A DNA stretch of 64,000 nt from an uncultured Bacteroidota bacterium. GTDB lineage: Bacteria; Bacteroidota; Ignavibacteria; UBA10030; UBA6906. Positions 9,761 to 20,200 of the stretch are shown piece after piece; the stretch's first letter is position 1; each line of letters starts with the position of its first letter. The notes beneath the pieces were generated by a model, which worked only from the letters and a program-made list of their open reading frames with translations, had not been told where the DNA came from and ran no database searches. The stretch lies in assembly GCA_963700635.1 (NCBI GenBank), contig CAVOYH010000003.1, positions 1,248,001 through 1,312,000 on the forward strand, given 5' to 3'. The position numbers and the translations under genes are program-made.

Positions 9761-10012
9761 ATGGCACACCCACCGCACGATAAACTGAATTGGACCGATT
9801 TGTCGATCCAGGATATTCTCGAGCTCGCTATCGAGGACGAAATTGAGGCACGCGATTACTATACGACTGCGGCCGACCACGCAGGAGACAGCAACACCCG
9901 GCGCATGTTGCTCGAGCTTGCCGGGATGGAGCAGGGACATGCCGATGTGCTTCGCAAGGAGCTGGAAGACCTCCGGCTGCAGCGGGATCTGGAAACGGGA
10001 ATGGCTGACTGA
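9761..10012 (+). CDS. Small ferritin/rubrerythrin-family protein (half four-helix bundle)
   Basis: AIEDEIEARDYY...LAGMEQGH gives one E...ExxH di-iron half-site; 83 aa. Confidence 0.78.
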   Translation: MAHPPHDKLNWTDLSIQDILELAIEDEIEARDYYTTAADHAGDSNTRRMLLELAGMEQGHADVLRKELEDLRLQRDLETGMAD

Positions 10013-10090
10013 GCCGTACCGGTATCATCGGCACGAACGTCCCCATAGTCACCCTCAAGCATAATCACGAAACGGAGCCCCGATCGATCT

Positions 10091-11209
10091 ATGAGCAAAT
10101 ACACTATTGCATGGCTGCCTGGTGATGGGATTGGTAATGATGTGATGGAGGCTACCCGGCTTGTTCTGGACCGTATTCATCTGGACGCCGAATATATTCA
10201 CGGGGATATCGGGTGGGAATTCTGGTGTAAAGAGGGAGAGGCGTTCCCGCAGCGCACGACCGAGCTCCTTGGCCGGGTACACGCCGCCATGTTCGGCGCC
10301 ATTACCTCCAAGCCGGTAAAAGCCGCGGAAGCGGAACTCGTGCCCGAACTCAGGGGAAAAGGCCTCATCTATCGCTCTCCCATCGTCCGGATGCGGCAGA
10401 TGTTTGATCTGTATACCTGCCTTCGTCCGTGTAAGGCCTATGCCGGAAACCCCTTGAACCTGAAAGACGGAATCGATCTGGTTGTCTTCCGTGAAAACAC
10501 CGAGGACCTCTATGCCGGAGTTGAATTCCATCCCGTTCCCAAAGAACTCGCAGGTGTGCTGGAGAAGCTCTCGAAGCCGTTTCATGTGTTCAAAGATATC
10601 CCCTCCGACCAGTATGCTATTTCCTGCAAAGTGAATACCCAGAAGGGATCTGAACGGATTGTGAGGGCGGCGTTCGAGTTTGCAAAGAAACACAAGCGCC
10701 GCAAAGTGACCGTCGTGCATAAGGCGAACGTTGTCCGGGCGACCGATGGGCTCTTTCTGGAAGAAGCGAGGAAGGTCGCCCGTGCGTATCCCGACATTCA
10801 GTTTGACGAAGCCAACGTGGATGCCATTTGTATGTGGTTGCTTAAAAACCCGTTCAATTATGAAGTACTCGTCGCACCAAACCTCTATGGCGATATCATC
10901 TCCGATCTGGCCGCCCAGATGGTCGGCGGGCTTGGTTTCGGTTGCTCGGGGAATATCGGCCAGAAACTTGCCGTGTTTGAACCTTCGCACGGTTCCGCCC
11001 CCAAGTATGCAGGCCAGTATAAAGTGAACCCGATCGCCACCATCCTCGCGGCAAAAATGATGCTGGACTGGCTGGGGGAGACCGAAAAGGGGATTCAACT
11101 CGAGCGCGCAACGGCAGCCGTCATCAAGGAAGGCCGCGTCCGTACATACGACATGGGCGGGTCCAGCTCCACAATGGAGATGGCAGAAGCCATTAACGCA
11201 CACCTATGA
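10091..11209 (+). CDS. Isocitrate/isopropylmalate/homoisocitrate dehydrogenase family protein
   Basis: PGDGIG, RENTEDLY, HKANV, NLYGDIISD and FEPSHGSAP motifs. Confidence 0.92.
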   Translation: MSKYTIAWLPGDGIGNDVMEATRLVLDRIHLDAEYIHGDIGWEFWCKEGEAFPQRTTELLGRVHAAMFGAITSKPVKAAEAELVPELRGKGLIYRSPIVRMRQMFDLYTCLRPCKAYAGNPLNLKDGIDLVVFRENTEDLYAGVEFHPVPKELAGVLEKLSKPFHVFKDIPSDQYAISCKVNTQKGSERIVRAAFEFAKKHKRRKVTVVHKANVVRATDGLFLEEARKVARAYPDIQFDEANVDAICMWLLKNPFNYEVLVAPNLYGDIISDLAAQMVGGLGFGCSGNIGQKLAVFEPSHGSAPKYAGQYKVNPIATILAAKMMLDWLGETEKGIQLERATAAVIKEGRVRTYDMGGSSSTMEMAEAINAHL

Positions 11210-12117
11210 GTCCAACAGGGCTCATACTGCACGAGGTCGGACTCCGGGATGGACTTCAAATGGAACACACACCCGTTCCGACCGAAAAAAAGATTCAGTG
11301 GGTCAGAGAGCTCGCAGCAACCGGACTGGATGTCCTCCAGGTAGGCTCCTTCGTCCATCCGACGAAGGTTCCGCAGATGGCTGACACGGATGAGCTTTTC
11401 CGGCAGCTGATGGTGCCCGGCATGATGCCCCCGAGTGTGGTTCTTTCCGGCCTCGTGCTGAACGAGAAGGGACTCGAACGCGGACTGACCTGCGGCGTCC
11501 CCATGTTCTGCATGGGGGTATCGGCAAGTGAGACACACAGTAAGAAAAACACCGGCATGTCGGTATCGGAAGCGACGGACCGGATACTTGCGATGGGAAA
11601 ACTGGCGTTGCAGGAAAACCGCTCAGTACAGGTTTCCGTGCAATCGGCGTTCGGTTGCGGGTACGAAGGCCACGTTACCCCGGAGCGCGTCGTGTCTATC
11701 GTGAGCCGCTACATCGAAAACGGGTTCGTGCATATCAGTCTTGCCGATACCGCCGGCCATGCAACACCGGATCTGGTGGAGACACTTTTTACAACCATCA
11801 GCAAACTCGACGGCGCTGCTGAATTTGCCTGCCACTTCCACAATACATACGGCATGGCCATCGCCAATTGTCTTGCCGCCAGACGTGCGGGGGTACGCTC
11901 GTTCGAGTCGTCCGTCGCCGGCCTCGGCGGCTGTCCGTTCACAAAGGTTGCCGGTGGAAACGTGTGCACGGAAGATTTTGTGCACATGCTGCACCGCATG
12001 GGAATGCGTACTGATGTGCGGCTTGAGGGATTGATTGCGGTCGCACAGGATGTGGCATCTTTTTTCAATCGGGAAATGCCCGGGATGGTTTACAAGACGG
12101 GACCAATAAGGTCGTAA
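11206..12117 (+). CDS. HMG-CoA lyase-like (DRE-TIM) acyl-CoA lyase
   Basis: EVGLRDGLQ, SFVHPxKVPQMAD, AFGC, HFHNTYG and GLGGCPF...GNVCTED motifs; ATGA-type overlap with the upstream gene. Confidence 0.9.
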   Translation: MSPTGLILHEVGLRDGLQMEHTPVPTEKKIQWVRELAATGLDVLQVGSFVHPTKVPQMADTDELFRQLMVPGMMPPSVVLSGLVLNEKGLERGLTCGVPMFCMGVSASETHSKKNTGMSVSEATDRILAMGKLALQENRSVQVSVQSAFGCGYEGHVTPERVVSIVSRYIENGFVHISLADTAGHATPDLVETLFTTISKLDGAAEFACHFHNTYGMAIANCLAARRAGVRSFESSVAGLGGCPFTKVAGGNVCTEDFVHMLHRMGMRTDVRLEGLIAVAQDVASFFNREMPGMVYKTGPIRS

Positions 12118-12119
12118 CG

Positions 12120-13325
12120 ATGACCGCACACCGCTCACTCCTTGCCGGTATCCGCGTTCTGGACCTCACGAACGTTCTCTCCGGGCCATTTGCCACCTTG
12201 CATCTTGCACTGCTCGGCGCGGAAGTGATCAAGATCGAGAATCCAAAAGACGGAGACCTGGCGCGCAAACTCGGTTGTGTTCCAAAGTATAACCAGATGC
12301 TCATGGGCACCAGCTTTCTTGCCCAGAACGCCAACAAGAAGTCTCTGACGCTCAATCTCAAATCCGCTGAAGGAAAAGAGATTTTCGAGAAATTGGTGGC
12401 GACAGCGGACGTTGTTGTGGAGAATTTCCGCCCCGATGTTATGGGCCGGCTGGGATTGTCGTACGATGTGCTTCGTGGTATCAATCCCCGGCTGATCTAT
12501 TGCGGGATTTCAGGCTTCGGACAGCATGGCCCGGACGCGCTAAAACCTGCATATGACCAGATCATCCAGGGCTTAAGCGGTGAGATGGCCATCAACGGTG
12601 ACGAGCGGCTGAGCCCCCTGCGCGCGGGCTTCCCGGTCTGTGATACCGTAGGCGGATTGAATGCCGCATTTGCCATCATGGCTGCTCTTTTCTGGCGCGA
12701 GCGCACGGGCGAGGGCCAATCGGTTGATGTGGCACTTCTGGACTCCATCATGCCGCTGATGGGGTGGGTCGTGGCAAATCTTATGATCGGCGGTCAACAA
12801 CCGGTTCTTATGGGGAATGACAACTTTACGGCTGCACCATCGGGTGTGTTCGCGACTCAGGATGGATTCATCAACATCGCAGCGAACAAGCAGGAGCAGT
12901 GGGAAGCGGTAGCGGATGTGCTCGGCCTCCCCGGGCTGAAAACAGATCCCCGGTTTCAGGAACGTGATACTCGCAAAAAGAACCGCAAGGCCCTGACACC
13001 ATTGCTCGAGGAAAAACTGAAGGACCACAACACCGCATTTTGGGTGGAAGTTCTTAATGCGCACGATGTTCCTTCCGGCGCCATATTAACTCTTGAACAA
13101 TCAATGCATCAGCCTCAGGTCGAACACCGCAAGACATTTGGAACGGTCGACGTGGAAGGTATCGGCACAATTCCGCTGTTCAACCTGACTGCCAAATTCG
13201 AAAAGACGCCCGGGATGGTTGTAACCCCGCCTCCAAAACTTGGAGAGCACAACGGAGAGATCCTGAAGTCTCTTGGTTATGAGGAAGCGCAGATTGCCGG
13301 TCTCAAAGGCCGTAACGTCATTTAG
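12120..13325 (+). CDS. Family III (CaiB/BaiF) CoA transferase
   Basis: LAGIRVLDL, GAEVIKIE, NKKS, ENFRP and ISGFG motifs; candidate catalytic Asp in VCDTVGG. Confidence 0.92.
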   Translation: MTAHRSLLAGIRVLDLTNVLSGPFATLHLALLGAEVIKIENPKDGDLARKLGCVPKYNQMLMGTSFLAQNANKKSLTLNLKSAEGKEIFEKLVATADVVVENFRPDVMGRLGLSYDVLRGINPRLIYCGISGFGQHGPDALKPAYDQIIQGLSGEMAINGDERLSPLRAGFPVCDTVGGLNAAFAIMAALFWRERTGEGQSVDVALLDSIMPLMGWVVANLMIGGQQPVLMGNDNFTAAPSGVFATQDGFINIAANKQEQWEAVADVLGLPGLKTDPRFQERDTRKKNRKALTPLLEEKLKDHNTAFWVEVLNAHDVPSGAILTLEQSMHQPQVEHRKTFGTVDVEGIGTIPLFNLTAKFEKTPGMVVTPPPKLGEHNGEILKSLGYEEAQIAGLKGRNVI

Positions 13326-13359
13326 GAGAGAACCTGGAAACATCACCACGAGGTCGTGT

Positions 13360-14649
13360 ATGGGAATGACAATTGTTGAAAAGATCCTTGCGCGCGCCAG
13401 TGCACAAAAAGCGGTCAGGGCCGGTGACGTCCTGGAACCGCGTGTTGATCTTGCAATGTCGCATGAGAATGCCGCACTTGTCATCAATCAGTTTCTTGAG
13501 ATCTACAAAGGCACAGGGCTTGAACCGACGGTCTGGGATCCCTCACGTGTGGCCATCATCTTTGACCACAGGGTGCCTGCAGAATCGGCGAAAACGGCAA
13601 CCAACCAGAAGAAGGTGCGCGAATTTGTTGCACGCCACATGATCAAGAAGTTTCATGACATCCGGGGCGACAGGGGTGGGATCTGCCACCAGATCCTCCC
13701 CGAAAGCGGATACGTGCGTCCGGGCTCCGTGGTGGTCGGCACCGATTCCCACACCACGAGTCATGGTGCGCTCGGAGCGTTTGCTTTTGGCATCGGAGCG
13801 ACGGAGATGGCCAGCGTATGGACTCTGGGGTATGCAGTGAACGTTGAGGTCCCGGCAACCATAAAGGTGGAAGTGACGGGTGACTTTCCCCGTATGGTCA
13901 GTCCGAAAGACCTGATTCTTCATGTGATCGGCACACTGTCGGCCCAGGGAGCGAACTTCCGCGTCATCGAGTTTCATGGCCCGACAATCAGTCGCATGTC
14001 CACGTCCGGCCGTCTGGTGATCTGTAATATGTCCGTCGAAGCAGGCGCGACCTCCGGTATCGTTCCGGCTGACGCGGAAACAGAGTCCTATCTCCGCGAA
14101 GAGGCGGGAGTTCAGGACCCGATAATTCCGGTGCTGCCCGATCCGGATGCGGTGTATGAAAAGACAGTTACGTTCGATGTTTCAAAACTCACACCGCAGG
14201 TCGCGTGTCCTCATACGGTTGATAATGTGAAGTCCGTTGAGCTGGTCTCCGGGACGCGCATCCATCAGGTGGTCATCGGTTCCTGCACCAACGGGCGGCT
14301 GGACGACATTGCCGCCGCCGCCGCGATCGTCCGGGGGAAAAGTGTCGCGTCCACGACGAGAATGCTGGTCTTTCCGGCCTCGGGCAGGATATATCAACGG
14401 GCCCTGGAGCACGGGTATGTGGCCGATCTCATCGGCGCCGGTGCCGTCGTGATGAATCCGGGATGCGGCCCGTGTCTCGGCATTCATGAAGGTGCGTTAG
14501 GCGATGGTGAAGTGGCCCTGTCCACAACCAACAGAAACTTCAAGGGACGGATGGGAAATCCGACCGCGGAAGTGTATCTCTGTTCTCCGGCCGTTGCGGC
14601 TGCATCGGCGATCGCCGGCGAAATAACCGATCCAAGGAAGGGGGCGTAA
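13360..14649 (+). CDS. 3-isopropylmalate dehydratase/homoaconitase large subunit family
   Basis: FDHRVP, GICHQ, DSHT, GSCTNGR, CGPCLG and STTNRNFKGRMG motifs. Confidence 0.92.
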   Translation: MGMTIVEKILARASAQKAVRAGDVLEPRVDLAMSHENAALVINQFLEIYKGTGLEPTVWDPSRVAIIFDHRVPAESAKTATNQKKVREFVARHMIKKFHDIRGDRGGICHQILPESGYVRPGSVVVGTDSHTTSHGALGAFAFGIGATEMASVWTLGYAVNVEVPATIKVEVTGDFPRMVSPKDLILHVIGTLSAQGANFRVIEFHGPTISRMSTSGRLVICNMSVEAGATSGIVPADAETESYLREEAGVQDPIIPVLPDPDAVYEKTVTFDVSKLTPQVACPHTVDNVKSVELVSGTRIHQVVIGSCTNGRLDDIAAAAAIVRGKSVASTTRMLVFPASGRIYQRALEHGYVADLIGAGAVVMNPGCGPCLGIHEGALGDGEVALSTTNRNFKGRMGNPTAEVYLCSPAVAAASAIAGEITDPRKGA

Positions 14650-14654
14650 AGGCC

Positions 14655-15170
14655 ATGGCGAAAGTGGTGTACTCCATCGGTGACGATATTTCGACAGATG
14701 TTATCTATCCCGGCCGTTACATGGCAACCGTACTGCCAACGGAAACCCCTCAGTTTGCGTTTGCCGATGATGCCGCATTCAACGACCAGCTCAGGAACAA
14801 ACAGATTCCTCCGGGAAGTATCATTGCCGCCGGCGGGAACTTTGGATGTGGCTCTTCCCGCGAGCAGGCGGTATCCACCCTGAAGGGATATGACCTTGTG
14901 ATCGTGGCACGCAGCATTGCGCGTATTTTTATGCAGAACGCGGTCAACCTGGGACTACGGCTGGTTGTTGCACCCGGCTGGGAAGCGTCCGCGGGTGACG
15001 ACATCGAATTGGCGGAGGAGCATGTGGTCAACCGGACAACAGGCCAGCGGTATACAATCGAGCGTCTTCCCCGCGCACGGCAGGCGATCGTCGATGCAGG
15101 CGGTCTGATTTCGTATACACGCAAGCGACTCGTTGAAGGATCCACTCTCACTCCCCCGACACGAGGCTGA
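14655..15170 (+). CDS. 3-isopropylmalate dehydratase/homoaconitase small subunit family
   Basis: DDISTDVIYPGRY, NFGCGSSREQA and ARIFxxNAVNLG motifs. Confidence 0.92.
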   Translation: MAKVVYSIGDDISTDVIYPGRYMATVLPTETPQFAFADDAAFNDQLRNKQIPPGSIIAAGGNFGCGSSREQAVSTLKGYDLVIVARSIARIFMQNAVNLGLRLVVAPGWEASAGDDIELAEEHVVNRTTGQRYTIERLPRARQAIVDAGGLISYTRKRLVEGSTLTPPTRG

Positions 15171-15180
15171 CGAGGATATC

Positions 15181-15645
15181 ATGGAAGCTGCTGAACACCC
15201 TACTGTCCGAACAAAATCTTTCACGTACAAGACCGGCACGACGTGGACGGATGGACGTGCCGGGACGCTGGCGTCGGAAGGCAAGCCCACCCTCCGCATA
15301 TCAAGTCCGCCGGAATTCAAGGGCGAACGGGGCGTATGGACGCCGGAGGATCTGTTTGTCGGCGCTGTGGAAGTATGCCATATGACGACGTTTCTCGCAT
15401 TCGCCGGGCAGCGAAAGATCAACGTCCTCTCGTACAAGAGCCATGCCAATGGTGTGCTGGAGTTCATTGACGGAGACTATCGATTCACCCGCATCGTGAT
15501 ATTTCCGACGATCACGGTCGGGAACGCGGTGGTGGAGACAGAGGTCCATACCCTCCTGCGTGAGGCCGAAAAACACTGCCTGGTCGCGAATTCGATTGCG
15601 TCGATCGTTGAAGTGAATCCGACAATTGTCGTTCAGCCCGGATGA
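15181..15645 (+). CDS. OsmC/Ohr family protein
   Basis: PPEFKG..WTPEDLF motif and two conserved Cys (EVCHMTTF, KHCLVANS). Confidence 0.85.
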   Translation: MEAAEHPTVRTKSFTYKTGTTWTDGRAGTLASEGKPTLRISSPPEFKGERGVWTPEDLFVGAVEVCHMTTFLAFAGQRKINVLSYKSHANGVLEFIDGDYRFTRIVIFPTITVGNAVVETEVHTLLREAEKHCLVANSIASIVEVNPTIVVQPG

Positions 15646-15717
15646 CTTCGGCGGGCGAATCCGTGATTTGATTTTACCCCGCCAATATGGTATACTGTAT
15701 GCGTGAGCAATAAGTTT

Positions 15718-17109
15718 ATGGGACGACCGTTCTTGAATATCGATGTTGACCTTCTAAAGAAGTACGACAGGCCGGGACCACGATACACCAGTTATCCGAC
15801 CGCCCCCATCTTCCAGCCCACGTTCACCGCCGCAAATTTTCGGGATGAAATCCTTGCCACAAACCCTCCCGGGGCGAGTGACGACATTTCGCTGTATGTC
15901 CATATCCCTTTCTGCGACACCCTCTGTTTTTTCTGTGGATGTACGATGTTGGTGACACGGGACCGGAACCGGATCGATGAGTATGTACGGTACCTGAAGG
16001 TAGAAATTACGCGTGTGGCCGAGCTTGTTGCTCCCGGCCGGCGCGTAACACAACTGCACTGGGGGGGTGGTACGCCAACCCATCTTTCACCGGATCAGAT
16101 TCTGGATATCGCCGGAGCACTCCGTTCGGCATTTGTTTTTGCGCCGGATGCAGAATGTAGTGTCGAAATTGACCCGCGGGAGCTTGACCGCCGCCATCTG
16201 GAGGCGCTTGCAGAAGCAGGCTTCAACCGCATGAGCATGGGGGTGCAGGATTTTGAACTGCAAGTGCAGGCCGCAGTCAACCGGATCCAACCGGAGTGGA
16301 TCTCGCGCCAGGTCTATGGGTGGGCGAGAGAACTCGGTTTCTCGAGTATCAATATCGATTTAATGTACGGCCTGCCGCATCAAACGGTGGATTCATTCGA
16401 GCGCACCATTCGGGGAATCATCACCTATAACCCCGACAGAATTGCGGTCTTCAACTATGCGCACGTCCCGTGGCTGAAACCACACCAGAAGTTGATCCAG
16501 CAGGATATGCTGCCATCTCCCGAATCCAAACTTGACATACTGAAGATGACGATCGAGCTCCTCACAGAGGGCGGTTATGAGTACATCGGAATGGATCACT
16601 TTGCCAAACCTGAAGATGAACTTGCCAGGGCGCGGGAAAGCCGCACGCTGTACCGCAACTTCCAGGGATACTCGACCAAAGCCGGCGCGGACCTCTACGG
16701 TTTTGGCATGTCATCCATCAGCCACTTCCAGAACGTCTACGCACAGAACACCAAAATCCTCCCTGACTACTACAAAGCTCTCGATGCAGGGACGCTGGCA
16801 ACAATTCTCGGATACCGGATGACCCCGGATGATCATCTGCGCAAGCATGTCATCATGCGCCTGATGTGCGATCTGGAGCTGGACATGGGATCGGTCGAAC
16901 GGCAGTTCGGAATCCGGTTTGCGGAGTATTTTGCCACGGCACTCAAAGCCCTGGTTCCACTGGAACAGGATGGATTGGTCGAGTGTACATCTGACCGGAT
17001 AGTGATTGTCGGTCCGGGTCGATTACTTCTGCGCAATATTGCGATGTGTTTTGACGCATATCTCGAACGCCTCAGCAAAGAAAAACCCATCTTCTCCCGC
17101 ACCGTTTGA
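15718..17109 (+). CDS. hemN: Oxygen-independent coproporphyrinogen III oxidase (radical SAM)
   Basis: GPRYTSYPT, YVHIPFCDTLCFFCGC, HWGGGTP, IGMDHFA and RNFQGYST motifs. Start may be 15703. Confidence 0.93.
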   Translation: MGRPFLNIDVDLLKKYDRPGPRYTSYPTAPIFQPTFTAANFRDEILATNPPGASDDISLYVHIPFCDTLCFFCGCTMLVTRDRNRIDEYVRYLKVEITRVAELVAPGRRVTQLHWGGGTPTHLSPDQILDIAGALRSAFVFAPDAECSVEIDPRELDRRHLEALAEAGFNRMSMGVQDFELQVQAAVNRIQPEWISRQVYGWARELGFSSINIDLMYGLPHQTVDSFERTIRGIITYNPDRIAVFNYAHVPWLKPHQKLIQQDMLPSPESKLDILKMTIELLTEGGYEYIGMDHFAKPEDELARARESRTLYRNFQGYSTKAGADLYGFGMSSISHFQNVYAQNTKILPDYYKALDAGTLATILGYRMTPDDHLRKHVIMRLMCDLELDMGSVERQFGIRFAEYFATALKALVPLEQDGLVECTSDRIVIVGPGRLLLRNIAMCFDAYLERLSKEKPIFSRTV

Positions 17110-17213
17110 ATACTGCTTCGTTTGCGCGGGGGATCGTGCGCGCAAACCGGATAGAAGGAGAGAGCTTGCTTATTCTCTTTCGAAGTGCGATATTAAAACC
17201 AAAGACCCACCGT

Positions 17214-20200
17214 ATGCTTGCCATCTCCCTCTTGCCCCGGCTGCTCATTTTCACCCTTCTGATTCCCGTCTTTGCCTATGCCCAGATGCCCCAACTGTAC
17301 GACAGCTGGCGGTGGGCCCGGTTTGGGAAGGAAGCCGGCCTGTCTTCCGAGAAGATCCTGCAGCTTCATGAATCCCAGAATGGTGAAGTATGGGTGTACA
17401 CGGCGGGCGGCATTAACCGGTTTGATGGATTTCAGTGGATTCCGGTGAAAGTGCCGAACATACCGGTGGAGGGAGTCCATGACCTTCGCATCTCCCCCGA
17501 CACAGCCGGCATTCTCTTGAGTTATGATTACATGATCTATGCTGTGAGGCGAGACACCGTTGTGGCTATTCCGGTTTCTGACTCCCGGGGTCCTCTTGCC
17601 ACGTATGCGACGTGGCGGGAACCGGGTGGATCGCTGGTCGTTCGGGGAGATACGGCACTGTACCGCATTACCGGCACGAATGTCTCTACCCTTCCCTCTC
17701 CGTTTGCTCCTTCTCAGATCCGAAACGTGTACCCACCCGTGCCGGCAAACTTCATTTTTCCTTCAGATCTGGGGCTCTGGTTCAAAGCCGGACCGGCTCT
17801 ATTCCGGTACGAGTCGGGAAACTGGGAAAACATGTATCACTCTCCCGGTGGCTTCCTGCGCCTTCACCATCTTGTGGAAAACAAGGCCGGATCGGGGATG
17901 GTCATACTCGAACCCGTTACCGGAGACGTACGCATCTTCGAATGGTCCCGTTCCGGACCGCTTCAAGAACTTCGCGGCGAAAGCGGTGACCTCGTGCAAT
18001 CACTCACGGTCGATCCCGACGGGCGTTTTCTCCTGCTTTATACTTCCGGGGAACTCCGGTTTCGCCATAACGGACACTGGTCATGGCTTCCCCCTCTGCC
18101 GCCCCCGGTTGCACAGGCACGGTTTCTCAAGTTCGGATCCAGAGGCGATCTCTGGGTGGGAGGTGATGACGGTCTCTTTTACTGCCGTATCTCCCGGGAC
18201 CGCTGGCTGAACTGGAAAGAACCACTCCCTTCCCTCGCGAATATGATCAACGAAATTGTCCTGGCCCGGGATGGCACCTTCTGGATTGGCACACGCGATG
18301 GAATAGAGATACGCAAGCCCGACGGTCAAACACAACGAATCAGGGAGTTGTCCGGTATACCTCTGGGCCGTGTGACTGCCATAGGTGAAGACCGGGACGG
18401 CCATATCTGGATTGGCAGTGGAGCCGCCTTTGCCGGTGCATTCTGCTGGAATGGCCGGACCTGGAACCACTATGGTGTGAAGGAGGGATTAGCTGCTCCG
18501 CGCATCCATCGGATTGCAAAAGACCGGCGGGGGCGATTGTGGTTTCTCGGTCTAAACACGGGACGGCTTGTCCCGGGTCTCGTCGACGAACCGGGTGCTT
18601 TTGTCCTGGAAGACAGAACATTTATCCGCTGGGGAAAAGAGGAGGGTCTGCTCGATGGCCGCGTGTACGCGTTTGTTGAAGACGCAAAGGGTGCGTACTG
18701 GTTCGGAACATGGTCGGGCCTCAGCCGGTTTCACAATGGCCAGTGGACGTACTGGCAAAGGGATCGTGGGTTGCGCGAATCACGGGTCTGGACTCTCGCC
18801 GTGGACTCAACGGATCGTGTTTTTTTTAGTCATCAGTTCACCGGACTGGGTTACTTTGATGCACACGACAGCGTACACTATTTTGGTAATGCCGATGGTC
18901 TGATCGGAGACCAGGTTTGGGAAGTGGACGTGGACCAACGCGGATGGGTATGGGTCGCTACGAGCAGTGGCCTTGGATGTTGGACTGGTTCTGAGTGGTT
19001 TCGATTTGATTCACATGCAGGCTTGCCCAATGACAAACTGTGGCCGATTCTGCCGATGGGTCGTGAAATTCTCGTCGGCACCCTGGGCGATGGTGTGGCC
19101 GTTCTCAGGCTTGACAGTCTGAACACGGTACCACCCCGAGTTGTCATTGCCGAACCTGTGGTGGAAGGTGATGACGCCTCGCTGTCATGGACCCCGCATG
19201 CGTATTGGGGGGATCTTCCCGCGATGGGTATCAAGACTCGCTTTCGGCTCTCCGGCACTGCGTGGTCCACCTGGAGCCTGCAGCATGCCGTTACCATACG
19301 TGGCCTGCCCGCAGGGACCCACCAATGTGAAGTCCAGGCAGAAAGTCCCCTTGGACAAGTCCGATCACAGTCGGCCGTACGTACCTTTACCATTCCTCCC
19401 CCTCTGTACCTGCGCCCGGTTGTGGCCCTGCCTATTGTGATCCTTCTTACGCTCGTGATCACGCTGGCGCTTGTCGGATGGCTGCGCCGTCAATCCTACA
19501 ACCGGACGATTCGGGAAAACGAGGCGAAGTTCAGGGCACAATACAAGGGGAATCCCATTCCAACTTTTACTTTTAGAAGACTTGCTGATGATTTTGTCTT
19601 GAACGACTGTAATGACGCCGCAGAGGTAATCACGCTCGGCAATTCCCGTGAATGGTTGGGAAAACGTTTTGATGAAATCCTTCCCCATGCGAGTGATGCG
19701 AAAGACCTGCTGGAGGAGTGTGTCCGAACGAGTTCCACTATTCGGACGGATTACAGTTATCAATATCAATCGGTAAACCGGAGGGTGGATCTCGCCGTGA
19801 CATTTGCATTCGTCCCTCCCGACTTTGTCCTGGTACACACCGAAGATGTCACCGAACGAAAACTGAGCGAGGAGTATCTGAAACAATCCCGTGAGCAATT
19901 ACGTGCCCTGGCGGCACGCTTGCAGTCTGTCCGTGAAGAAGAACGGACGATGCTTTCGCGGGAGATCCATGATGAGCTGGGACAACTTATGACGGGCTTG
20001 AAAATGGATCTGGCGTGGATCCGGCGGAAGGTCGTGGATCTGGGCCGCGAAATTCCCGACGCGGTGTCCCAGCGTATGGTCCAGATGAATGGTCTGCTCG
20101 ACGATGCGATTCAAACGGTTCGCAAGATTGCCGGACAACTGCGCCCGGCCATTCTGGACGATCTGGGGCTTGTGCCGGCAATCGAGTGGCAGGCCCGCGA

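Noticed and set aside
10055-11203. 382-aa minus-strand ORF
   Set aside because: Antisense shadow of the dehydrogenase gene.
10091-15170. Standard leuBCD leucine operon
   Set aside because: There are no leuA or ilv genes, a lyase and CoA transferase are inserted, and the motifs are atypical; gene symbols were withheld.
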